Source: Eubacteriales bacterium (GTDB taxonomy: Bacteria > Bacillota > Clostridia > Oscillospirales > CAG-272). Taken from it: a DNA stretch of 64,000 nt. Location of the stretch: the NCBI GenBank assembly GCA_045643945.1, contig JAZRGA010000052.1, positions 15,311 through 79,310 of the forward strand, read 5' to 3'. The notes under the pieces were generated by a model. The model worked only from the letters and a program-made list of their open reading frames with translations. It was not told where the DNA came from and did no database searches. The position numbers were made by a program, and so were the translations under genes. This document shows, one piece after another, positions 9,387 to 21,723 of this stretch (the stretch's first letter is position 1; each line of letters begins with the position of its first letter).

Positions 9387-10511
9387 ATGAAAGAAAAGGA
9401 GATAGCGGAAATCCGAAGACGCTACAGAAGCGATAAAAGCGGTATAAGCCGTATTTGCGGATGCTACGTTGACAGTAAAAAGGAAATAATTTCAGAGTTC
9501 GACCAAAGCCTCGGTCTTATGAGCGAGGAGGATGCAAACGGTATGCTCGGGGTTTTGAAAAAAACCTTGTCGGGACATATAGGAACTAATCTTCACGAAA
9601 TAGAATTTACTACCTTGGAAATTGCCGAGAGTGAAAATTATGCGCTTTTATCAAAGCTTAGAGCATCTGAGCTTAAGGATTCAGAGCTTCGCGCGGAGCT
9701 TTACAAAAAAATAATAGAAAATCTTGAATTTAAGGGAAGTTATTTAATACTTCTCGCACACGATAATTTCGATGTTTTCGATATAAGTGCAGATGGAATG
9801 AGAGCAGAGGATTCGACAACGGTTTATTCTTATATCGTTTGCGCAATTTGCCCCGTAAGGGAGGGAAAGGCTTCGCTTAGCTATTATTTCCCCGAGAAAT
9901 GCTTTAGAACGGTTTGCGCCGATACCGTTTTGTCAAAGCCCGAAATTGGATTTATTTTCCCTGTACTCGAGGATAGACAGACTAATATTTATAAGGCGGC
10001 ATATTATACGAAAAATCTTGAAAACAATTATTCCGAGCTTATAAACGCACTTTTTGCCAAGGAAGCGCCTATGCCTCCTAAGGAGCAAAAGCAGACCTTT
10101 GGCGAGGTTTTGCAGGAAACGGTTGGGGATGATTGCAGTCTTCGCTTGGTTTCATCCTTGCATGCACAGATTAATCAAAAGATAGAGGAAAACAAAAACG
10201 AGGGCGATGACGTTATTCCGTATATAAACAAGGACGATGCGGCGCAGATGCTCCGCTATTGCGGAATTCCCGAGGATAAGGTCGAGGCGTTCGAGAAGGG
10301 ATTTGATGAGGGATTTGGAGAAAATGCAGAAATTCCTCCAACCAACCTTTCGGGCACAAAGCAGCTTCAAATCGAAACACCCGACGTCACCGTTAAGGTA
10401 AACGCAGGGCATAGTGAGCTTGTTCAGTCAAGAATAATAGACGGTGTCAAATATATACTTATAAGAGCCGATAACGAGGTTACGGTTAACGGAATAAACA
10501 TTAAGATATAG
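9387..10511 (+). CDS. DUF4317-family protein
   Basis: The N-terminus MKEKEIAEIRRRYRSDKSGISRICGCYVDSKKEIISEF resembles the DUF4317 signature (ITRICGCYV). GGGAG RBS upstream. Confidence 0.55.
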   Translation: MKEKEIAEIRRRYRSDKSGISRICGCYVDSKKEIISEFDQSLGLMSEEDANGMLGVLKKTLSGHIGTNLHEIEFTTLEIAESENYALLSKLRASELKDSELRAELYKKIIENLEFKGSYLILLAHDNFDVFDISADGMRAEDSTTVYSYIVCAICPVREGKASLSYYFPEKCFRTVCADTVLSKPEIGFIFPVLEDRQTNIYKAAYYTKNLENNYSELINALFAKEAPMPPKEQKQTFGEVLQETVGDDCSLRLVSSLHAQINQKIEENKNEGDDVIPYINKDDAAQMLRYCGIPEDKVEAFEKGFDEGFGENAEIPPTNLSGTKQLQIETPDVTVKVNAGHSELVQSRIIDGVKYILIRADNEVTVNGINIKI

Positions 10512-10559
10512 TATAATTTGATTTTGGTTTCAAGATGACACGGTAGGTCAAAAAAAGAC

Positions 10560-10588
10560 TTGAAATGAAAATAATTCTATGATATAAT
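10560..10588 (+). promoter_or_regulatory. SigA-type promoter for the glgB-malQ/pullulanase operon
   Basis: TTGAAA (10560-10565), 17-nt spacer, TATAAT (10583-10588). It leaves a leader of roughly 100 nt. Confidence 0.45.
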
Positions 10589-10696
10589 GAATTTAGAAAT
10601 TTATTTGGGTAATAATATATTTGATATGTTCAATAGAGATTATTGCGGCAAATACTTTTTACTTATTAATACTTACTGAATAAAATTTTATTTTAA

Positions 10697-13600
10697 TTGG
10701 CGGTGATGATTTTGACTAATGAGCTTCATAATTTGCCTGCATATTTGTTCCATCAAGGCACAAATTATAAGGCGTACGAATATTTGGGCGTGCATAAGGA
10801 AAACGGTCGCTACGTTTTCAGAGTTTGGGCGCCTAATGCAGATGCGGTTTATGTGGTAGGTAATTTTAACGTATGGTGCGAGGATATGCCTATGTACCGA
10901 GTTACCGACGGTATTTGGGAATATATCGATAAAGCGCACAGAGTGTCCGAGGGGGATATTTATAAATTCAAAATATGGAATTCCTACAGATGCGTATATA
11001 AGGCTGACCCGTACGGAATTTATTGCGAAAAGAGCCCCGATACTGCTTCTGTTATTTATGAAAGCAATTATAAATGGCAGGATTGCTCTTGGAGAGAGAA
11101 CGCACTCAAAAATGCGGCTGAATATTATAATAAGCCGATGAATATTTATGAGGTGCATCTTGGCTCTTGGAAGAAGAATAGCGACGGAGGGTATTTATCA
11201 TATCTTGAAATCGCAAAGGAGCTTTCCAAATATGTAAAGAAAATGGGATATACACACGTTGAGCTTCTCCCGATAATGGAGCATCCCTTTGACGGCTCGT
11301 GGGGATATCAGGTAGGATGCTATTATGCGCCTACGTCACGCTTCGGTACGCCCGATGAGTTCAGAGCCTTTATCGATATTATGCATAATGAGGGCATTGG
11401 CGTAATACTTGATTGGGTCCCCGCACATTTTCCAAAGGATGCGCACGGACTCTATGAGTTTGACGGTCAACCCTTGTACGAATATCAAGGCTGGGATAGA
11501 ATGGAGCATAAGGGATGGGGCACACGTTGCTTCGACGTTGGACGAAACGAGGTTCAATCCTTCCTTGTTTCTAATGCAATTTATTGGCTCGAGGAATTTC
11601 ACGCAGACGCATTGCGTGTAGATGCGGTTGCCGCGATGCTTTATCTTGATTGCGACAAAGCTCCCGGTGAATGGGTGCCGAACGTATTTGGAGATAACAG
11701 AAATCTTGAATCTATTGCTTTTTTCAAAAAGCTTAATTCGGCTATAAAAAATATGTGTCCGCATGCGTTAATGATTGCTGAGGAGTCATCGGCATTCGGT
11801 AACGTTACGGGATTCCAAAATGACGGACTCGGATTTGATATGAAATGGAATATGGGCTGGATGAACGATACGCTTGAGTATGTTAAGGTCGACCCATTTT
11901 TCAGAAAGCATCATCACGATAAGCTTACCTTTTCGCTTACCTATTCGTTTAGCGAGAAATACGTTCTTCCGATTTCCCACGATGAGGTTGTTCACGGAAA
12001 GCTTTCCTTAATCAATAGAATGTACGGTGATTACAATCAAAAATTTGCGGGCGCGCGTGCTTTTGCAACCTATATGATGACTCATCCCTGCAAGAAGCTT
12101 ACCTTTATGGGAACTGAAATTGGTCAATTCAGCGAATGGGATGAGGTAAAGGGAATTGAATGGTTTTTGCTTGAATATGAGATGCATTCTAAGCTTCAGC
12201 TTTTCCATTCCGAGTTAAACCGTTTTTATCTTGAAAACCCTGCTTTATGGCAAAATGACAGTAATTGGGACGGCTTTGAATGGATAGACCCCGATAACCG
12301 TGAAGAAAGCGTGCTTTCTTACAGACGTATTGATAAAGATGGAAATGAGGTAACCGTTGTTGTAAACTTTACTCCCGTTACGCGCGAGGAATTTACCGTT
12401 GGCGTTTCCGACCTTTGTGCATACAGAGAAGTGTTTAATTCCGATTCCGAAAGATACGGAGGTAGCGGAATATCCAATATCGGAGATATCGAGGCTATGG
12501 ACATTCCTACTCAAAGAGATTCTTATTCAATAAAGATAACCTTGCCCGCTCACGGTGCTATTATTTTGAAAAAGGCTAAGGATGTAAAGCAAGTAAGCGG
12601 TATATACGATATGGAGAAAATATTAAACGGCAAAAATGAATATACGCCGGATAAAGCATTAAAGGAAAAATACGATATGAATTACACTAAAAATTTCGGT
12701 TTTAAAAATAAGGCGGGAGTAGTAATGCCCGTAAGCAGCTTGCCTTCAAAATACGGAATAGGAAGCTTTGGAAAGGCGGCACACGATTTTATTGATTTTC
12801 TCGATGCAACGGGACAAAAATGCTGGCAGGTGCTTCCTTTGAATCCTACCTCTTACGGTGATAGCCCATATCAATCCCCCTCATCGGTAGCGGGAAATCC
12901 CTATTTTATCGACCTTGATATACTTGCGCAAAAGGGACTTCTCACAAAGGAGGAGCTTGAGGAGCAAAAGAACGATTCTGAAAAGGTAGATTACGGCAGA
13001 CTCTTTAACGTAAGATACGTTGCTTTGCGCACAGCCTTCGGTCGATTTGCTCCCGATAAGGAGTATAAGGCCTTCGTAAAGAAAAACGCTTCTTGGCTTG
13101 AGGATTATGCGCTCTTTATGGCTCTTAAGGTGCACTATGGATTTGCACAGTGGACAAGCTGGAGCGAGGAGCATCGTAACTATAAAAAGGCTATCGAGCT
13201 TAAGGCAGATTTTGAAGATGAAATGTCCTTCTGGAGATGGATTCAGTATGAATTTGCGGCAGAGTGGAAGGATATACTTCGCCACGCTCACGAAAAGGAT
13301 ATTATGTTGATTGGTGATATGCCTATCTACGTTGCGCACGACAGTATGGACGTTTGGTCTGCGCCCGAGCAGTTCTTGCTTGATGAAGACTTTAATCCTA
13401 CCGTTGTTGCAGGTTGTCCCCCCGACGGATTTTCTCCCGACGGTCAGCTTTGGGGAAATCCGATATATAACTGGGAGCTTATGGAGAAGGACGGATTTTC
13501 TTGGTGGGTAAACCGTGTTCACCTTGCGTTTTCTCTTTATGATATTCTTCGTATCGACCATTTCAGAGGATTTGCGGGATATTATAATATTCCCTACGGT

Positions 13601-14167
13601 GATGCTACGGCAAGAAACGGAAAATGGGATGCCGCCCCCGGTATTGCATTGTTCAGTAAGATTGCAGAGGTATTCCCGAAGGCAAAAATTATTGCAGAGG
13701 ACCTTGGATTTATAACCGATGACGTTCGTGAGCTTTTGCTTCACGCAGGTTGTCCCGGAATGAAGATGCTTCACTTTGCATTTTACGATGAGGACAGCGA
13801 ATATCTTCCCAGAACCTACGATACGAAAAACTGCGTTGTATACGCATCCTCGCACGATTCCGATTGCACATATTCTTGGCTTAAGAATCTCGATAAGGAT
13901 GCTAAAAAGCGCTTTAATAAGGAATGCCCCAGAAACAAGGAGCAGAGCCGAGTTTATGACGTTATAGAGCTTGCGTTTACGAGTATTGCAAACCTTGCAA
14001 TAGTACCTATGCAGGATTATTTGGAGCTTTCAAATGAGGAGGGAAGAATGAATACTCCCGCCACTGCAGAGGGTAACTGGGCGTGGAGAATAAGTCCTCG
14101 TTATAATACCGCAAAGCTTCGTGAAAAAATGTTAGCTCTTGCCGAAAAAACAGGCAGAGCGAAATAA
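10697..14167 (+). CDS. glgB-malQ: Fusion protein: 1,4-alpha-glucan branching enzyme (GH13_9) plus 4-alpha-glucanotransferase/amylomaltase (GH77)
   Basis: Residues ~1-625 carry GlgB motifs: DWVPAHF, ALRVDAVAAMLY, MIAEES, SHDEVVHGK. Residues ~680-1156 carry MalQ motifs: GVVMPVSSLPSKYGIGSFG, GDMPIYVAHDSMDVW, LRIDHFRGF, IAEDLG. It is one uninterrupted 1156-codon ORF. The exact start is ambiguous (TTG 10697, GTG 10703 or ATG 10706). Confidence 0.85.
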   Translation: MAVMILTNELHNLPAYLFHQGTNYKAYEYLGVHKENGRYVFRVWAPNADAVYVVGNFNVWCEDMPMYRVTDGIWEYIDKAHRVSEGDIYKFKIWNSYRCVYKADPYGIYCEKSPDTASVIYESNYKWQDCSWRENALKNAAEYYNKPMNIYEVHLGSWKKNSDGGYLSYLEIAKELSKYVKKMGYTHVELLPIMEHPFDGSWGYQVGCYYAPTSRFGTPDEFRAFIDIMHNEGIGVILDWVPAHFPKDAHGLYEFDGQPLYEYQGWDRMEHKGWGTRCFDVGRNEVQSFLVSNAIYWLEEFHADALRVDAVAAMLYLDCDKAPGEWVPNVFGDNRNLESIAFFKKLNSAIKNMCPHALMIAEESSAFGNVTGFQNDGLGFDMKWNMGWMNDTLEYVKVDPFFRKHHHDKLTFSLTYSFSEKYVLPISHDEVVHGKLSLINRMYGDYNQKFAGARAFATYMMTHPCKKLTFMGTEIGQFSEWDEVKGIEWFLLEYEMHSKLQLFHSELNRFYLENPALWQNDSNWDGFEWIDPDNREESVLSYRRIDKDGNEVTVVVNFTPVTREEFTVGVSDLCAYREVFNSDSERYGGSGISNIGDIEAMDIPTQRDSYSIKITLPAHGAIILKKAKDVKQVSGIYDMEKILNGKNEYTPDKALKEKYDMNYTKNFGFKNKAGVVMPVSSLPSKYGIGSFGKAAHDFIDFLDATGQKCWQVLPLNPTSYGDSPYQSPSSVAGNPYFIDLDILAQKGLLTKEELEEQKNDSEKVDYGRLFNVRYVALRTAFGRFAPDKEYKAFVKKNASWLEDYALFMALKVHYGFAQWTSWSEEHRNYKKAIELKADFEDEMSFWRWIQYEFAAEWKDILRHAHEKDIMLIGDMPIYVAHDSMDVWSAPEQFLLDEDFNPTVVAGCPPDGFSPDGQLWGNPIYNWELMEKDGFSWWVNRVHLAFSLYDILRIDHFRGFAGYYNIPYGDATARNGKWDAAPGIALFSKIAEVFPKAKIIAEDLGFITDDVRELLLHAGCPGMKMLHFAFYDEDSEYLPRTYDTKNCVVYASSHDSDCTYSWLKNLDKDAKKRFNKECPRNKEQSRVYDVIELAFTSIANLAIVPMQDYLELSNEEGRMNTPATAEGNWAWRISPRYNTAKLREKMLALAEKTGRAK

Positions 14168-14185
14168 GGAATTTTGGAGGTACAT

Positions 14186-18191
<4,006 letters not shown>

Positions 18192-18217
18192 TTTATAATG
18201 AATAAAAGGTACACAAT

Positions 18218-19816
18218 ATGAGAAAAATACGTAAAATTTTAACTTTATTTTTGGCGGTGACGATTATGCTTACCTCGCTTGCGAGTTTTGGGTGTGAAAA
18301 AGAGCAAGCTCCCAAGGTCGACGATATCGATGATAATTTCAGAACCTTTTATCAAATATTCGTAGGCTCATTTTCCGATTCAAATGGCGACGGCATAGGT
18401 GATATAAGAGGAATTATTAATAGATTTGACTATTTGAACGACGGTGACGTTAACTCGGGAAAGAGTCTTGGCGTGCAGGGAATATGGCTTTCTCCTATCT
18501 TTTCCTCTCCGTCATATCATAAGTATGATGCGACCGATTACTATAAAATAGATTGGCGCTTCGGAACTGAGGAGGATTTGAAGGAGCTTATAGCCCTCTG
18601 TCACGAAAGAAACGTCAAGCTTATACTTGACGTGGCTATAAATCATACCTCGGAGCAGCATTCTTGGTTTATGAATTTTAAGAGTGCGAGAATGAACGGA
18701 GATACCTCGAATAAGTATTATGATTATTATACCGCAGTTACTACCGACCAAAAGATAAACGGTAACACTTATCAAAAAATTGCGGGAGTGGATTATTGGT
18801 TTGAGTGCAATTTTTCGGGTAGCATGCCCGAGCTTAATTTTGACAATTCCGAGGTAAGAAATGAAGCGTTGAATATTGCCAAATATTATCTTGACCTCGG
18901 TGTCGACGGATTTAGATTTGATGCTATAAAATACATCTATTACGGTAATACTAATGCCAACGTTGATTTTTGGAATTGGTATATGTCAGAGCTTAGAAAG
19001 ATAAAGTCCGATATTTATTGCGTTGGAGAGTGCTGGTCGGGCGATACCGAAATACTCGAATATTATGAGGCTATGGATTGCTTCGGCTTTGGATTCTCTC
19101 AGCAAGAGGGCGTTATTTCGGTTGCGGCAAAGGGAATGAGCTATCTTTCAAATTACACTAATTACGTCGAATCTTGGCAAAAGAGAATAATTGAAAAAAA
19201 TCCTAACGGTATGGTTATGTCATTCCTTTCCAATCACGATATGGATAGAATTGCAGGCGCTTTTGTTACTGAAAATAATATGAGAATGGCGGCTAACTTG
19301 AATATCTTCACCCCCGGCTCTCCGTTTATTTACTACGGTGAGGAATTGGGTATGCGGGGCTCTCGAGGCTCGGCTAATACCGATGCAAACAGAAGACTTG
19401 CTATGCTTTGGGGAGATGATGATATTATTAAAGACCCTACGGGCGCAAATTATCCTGAGGCAAATCAGATAAAATCAACGGTTGCACAGCAAATAGAAGA
19501 TGAAAACAGTCTTTATAATTACTATTGTGAGCTTATTGCATTGAGAAATAAGTACAAGGCTATAGGACGCGGAATTTATAATTCACTTGGAACGTCCGAG
19601 AAAAATCTTGGCGGATTTCTTATTGATTATAACGGAGAAAAGCTTGTTATCATTCATAACACATCAACCGAGGAGATAAGCTATAATTTGTCTGAATGCG
19701 CAGACCTTGAGGGCGTTGAAATATCCGAGCTTTGCGATTTTATCGGGGTTGGTGATGCCGAGCTTGACGGAAATATGCTCACCGTTGGACCTCAAACAAG
19801 TGTAATTTTGAAGTAA
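18218..19816 (+). CDS. GH13 alpha-amylase-family lipoprotein
   Basis: Signal and lipobox MLTSLASFGC. Motifs FYQIFVGSFSDSNGDGIGD, DVAINHTS, GVDGFRFDAIKY, VGECW, FLSNHDMDR. Confidence 0.8.
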   Translation: MRKIRKILTLFLAVTIMLTSLASFGCEKEQAPKVDDIDDNFRTFYQIFVGSFSDSNGDGIGDIRGIINRFDYLNDGDVNSGKSLGVQGIWLSPIFSSPSYHKYDATDYYKIDWRFGTEEDLKELIALCHERNVKLILDVAINHTSEQHSWFMNFKSARMNGDTSNKYYDYYTAVTTDQKINGNTYQKIAGVDYWFECNFSGSMPELNFDNSEVRNEALNIAKYYLDLGVDGFRFDAIKYIYYGNTNANVDFWNWYMSELRKIKSDIYCVGECWSGDTEILEYYEAMDCFGFGFSQQEGVISVAAKGMSYLSNYTNYVESWQKRIIEKNPNGMVMSFLSNHDMDRIAGAFVTENNMRMAANLNIFTPGSPFIYYGEELGMRGSRGSANTDANRRLAMLWGDDDIIKDPTGANYPEANQIKSTVAQQIEDENSLYNYYCELIALRNKYKAIGRGIYNSLGTSEKNLGGFLIDYNGEKLVIIHNTSTEEISYNLSECADLEGVEISELCDFIGVGDAELDGNMLTVGPQTSVILK

Positions 19817-19941
19817 TTGCTTTAATATTTTCTAATATAATGTAGAAAAATTTTTCTCTTTGCGATGGTGGCATTTTGTCTAAAATTTAACATTACATTT
19901 TAGGGTAAATGCTAAAAAATACGGGAAATATAATATTGTCC

Positions 19942-19970
19942 TTGACAAAACACGTTAAAAGTGATATTAT
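19942..19970 (+). promoter_or_regulatory. Strong SigA-type promoter (extended -10) for the binding-protein gene
   Basis: TTGACA (19942-19947), 17-nt spacer ending in TGa, then TATTAT (19965-19970). Confidence 0.55.
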
Positions 19971-20011
19971 ATATATGCTTTATAGCAAAAAAAAACAGGA
20001 GGAAAACTCGT

Positions 20012-21553
20012 ATGAAAATGAGAAAGCTTTTAGCTCTCACACTCGCTCTTCTTATGATGGTTTCTGCACTCGCAGCTTGCGGCAACAATAATAATGAAGA
20101 CGAAACAAACAAGCCGAGCGGCGACGCTAATGCTGAGCTTGCCGGCACTTACGACATTACCATGTGGGTTTCCGAAAAAGAAGGCGTTGCTGATCAGTTC
20201 AAAACTCAGATCGCAGACTTTATGAAGGAAAATCCCGGTATTGTTATCAACGCTTCTATTGAAGGCGTTACCGAGGCAGATGCAGGTTCTAAGGTAGTTG
20301 CAGACGTTGCAACCGCTCCCGACATTTACTGCTTCGCACAGGACCAGCTCGCACGTCTTGTACAGGCTGCTGCTCTCGCAGCTCCCGGTAAGAAGGCAAC
20401 CGAGGAAATCAAGGCTAACAACGATGCAGGCTCTGTAGCAGCTGCTTCCGTTGCAGGCACCGTTTACGCTTATCCTATGACAAGCGACAACGGCTATTAT
20501 ATGTACTATAACAAGAGCATCGTTACAGACCCCGAGAATCTTGAGAAGATTATCGCTGACTGTGAGGCAAACAACGTAAAGATTCGTTTCGCTCTTGAGA
20601 ATGCATGGTACACCGCTTCCTTCTTCTTTGCAACAGGTTGTACTTCTACCTGGACCATGGATGAAAACGGACAGTTCGTTGCTATCAACGATGACTTCAA
20701 CTCTGACAAGGGTATGGCTGCGATGAAGGGTATGAAGATGCTTGCTCAGTCCAAGGCTTACGATTCTAACGCTGATATCTTCACCGATGCAGGCGTTGTT
20801 GTAACAGGTATTTGGAATGCACAGGCTGCAGCAGATCACTTCGGTGATAACCTCGCTGCTACCGACCTTCCTTCTTTCACTGTAGACGGTAAGTCTTACC
20901 ACCTCGGCTCTTACTCCGGTAACAAGCTTATGGGTGTTAAGCCTCAGTCCGATGCTAAGAGAGGCGCAGTTCTTTCGCTCCTCGCTCAGTACCTTACCGG
21001 TGAGAAGTGCCAGAATGATAGATTTGCAAGCTTCGAGTGGGGCCCCTCTAACAAGAAGGCTCAGTCTTCCGAGGCAGTTCAGAAGAACATTTCTCTTGCA
21101 GCTCTTGCAAAGCAGAACGCTTTTGCAACTCCTCAGGGTCAGATCGGCGGCGCTTGGTGGGATATAGCTAAGGTTCTTGGCGCAGACGCTAAGGCAGCAG
21201 CTGATGATGCAGCTCTTAAGGCATCTCTTGAGAACTACGTTAAGGCTATCAATTCTTGGTTGGAAATTCCCCCCGAGAAGAGAGAGGCTTGGACGGTTAT
21301 CGGTAATGTTGGTGGAACAAACTGGGATACCGACTTTACTATGACTGAGGATCCTAAGGGCACTTGGACCTCTGTTGCTATCGATATGGCAGCAGGAAAT
21401 GAGTTCAAGGTTCGTCAGGGACTCTCTTGGGATAACAACTACGGTGCAAACGGTGAGAACAACGGTGCAAACATTGTTGTTGAAACCGCAGGCAAGTACA
21501 AGGTTAAGCTCGTTCTTGGCGATACCGTAACTGTTGAGCTTATTCCCGCTTAA
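20012..21553 (+). CDS. Maltodextrin/alpha-glucan ABC transporter substrate-binding lipoprotein with an extra C-terminal beta-sandwich (CBM-like) domain
   Basis: Start at ATG 20012, 9 nt after AGGAGG. Lipobox MMVSALAAC. MalE-like body. The C-terminal ~88 aa read WTVIGNVGGTNWDTDFTMTEDPKGTWTSVAIDMAAGNEFKVRQGLSWDNNYGANG...GKYKVKLV. Codon usage is markedly biased (gct/ggt/ctc/ttc), as in highly expressed genes. Confidence 0.8.
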   Translation: MKMRKLLALTLALLMMVSALAACGNNNNEDETNKPSGDANAELAGTYDITMWVSEKEGVADQFKTQIADFMKENPGIVINASIEGVTEADAGSKVVADVATAPDIYCFAQDQLARLVQAAALAAPGKKATEEIKANNDAGSVAAASVAGTVYAYPMTSDNGYYMYYNKSIVTDPENLEKIIADCEANNVKIRFALENAWYTASFFFATGCTSTWTMDENGQFVAINDDFNSDKGMAAMKGMKMLAQSKAYDSNADIFTDAGVVVTGIWNAQAAADHFGDNLAATDLPSFTVDGKSYHLGSYSGNKLMGVKPQSDAKRGAVLSLLAQYLTGEKCQNDRFASFEWGPSNKKAQSSEAVQKNISLAALAKQNAFATPQGQIGGAWWDIAKVLGADAKAAADDAALKASLENYVKAINSWLEIPPEKREAWTVIGNVGGTNWDTDFTMTEDPKGTWTSVAIDMAAGNEFKVRQGLSWDNNYGANGENNGANIVVETAGKYKVKLVLGDTVTVELIPA

Positions 21554-21583
21554 TTAATAAATTAAGTTAAATAAAGCTATAAC

Positions 21584-21611
21584 GAGGGGAGAGCCCTTGG
21601 ACTCTCCCCTC
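21584..21611 (+). promoter_or_regulatory. GC-rich intercistronic stem-loop without a U-tract (possible mRNA 3'-end stabiliser)
   Basis: GAGGGGAGAG (21584-21593) pairs with CTCTCCCCTC (21602-21611). It is followed by AAAAAAGG rather than Ts. Confidence 0.45.
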
Positions 21612-21617
21612 AAAAAA

Positions 21618-21680
21618 GGCATTGTTAGCCTACATACAAGGACGACAGTTGTCTTGTGTTTGGGCTAATAATGCCTTTTT
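21618..21680 (+). terminator. Long compound hairpin with a U-tract (partial terminator/attenuator between the binding-protein and permease genes)
   Basis: GGCATTGTTAGCC (21618-21630) pairs with GGCTAATAATGCC (21663-21675, one G-U). An inner ACAAG..CTTGT hairpin is present. TTTTT follows (21676-21680). Confidence 0.55.
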
Positions 21681-21723
21681 ATCATATAAAGGAGTCAGTA
21701 TAAATTTATTTTATGCGTTTGTT

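Noticed and set aside
12881-13855. 324-aa ORF on the minus strand inside the malQ half of the fusion gene
   Set aside because: It is entirely antisense to a CDS with clear GH77 motifs. Its translation is low-complexity and Cys/Arg/Lys-rich, with no motif and no RBS. It is a typical shadow ORF.
19844-19857. Perfect 14-bp palindrome AGAAAAATTTTTCT upstream of the binding-protein promoter
   Set aside because: It is low-complexity A/T sequence and lies ~85 bp upstream of the -35 box. It does not resemble LacI/MalR or cre operators. There is not enough support to call it a regulatory site.
19961-20011. Upstream extensions of the ORF-track starts at 19961, 21622, 16848, 14174, 34689, 34368(-), 52516, 44795, 43648, 7759, 28676 and 30629
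   Set aside because: In each case an internal ATG or TTG with a properly spaced GGAGG-type RBS and a sensible N-terminus (signal peptide, lipobox or conserved start) exists. The extension also overlaps a promoter, a terminator hairpin or the upstream gene.
20030-20902. 290-aa antisense ORF opposite the solute-binding protein gene
   Set aside because: It is a shadow ORF created by the strongly biased codon usage of the sense gene. It has no RBS or recognisable domain.
20012-21553. Deviant codon usage of the binding-protein gene (and of msmK at 51048-52175) as a sign of horizontal transfer
   Set aside because: The bias is toward the codons expected for highly expressed genes, and the proteins fit the surrounding functional context. 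Expression-level selection is the simpler explanation.
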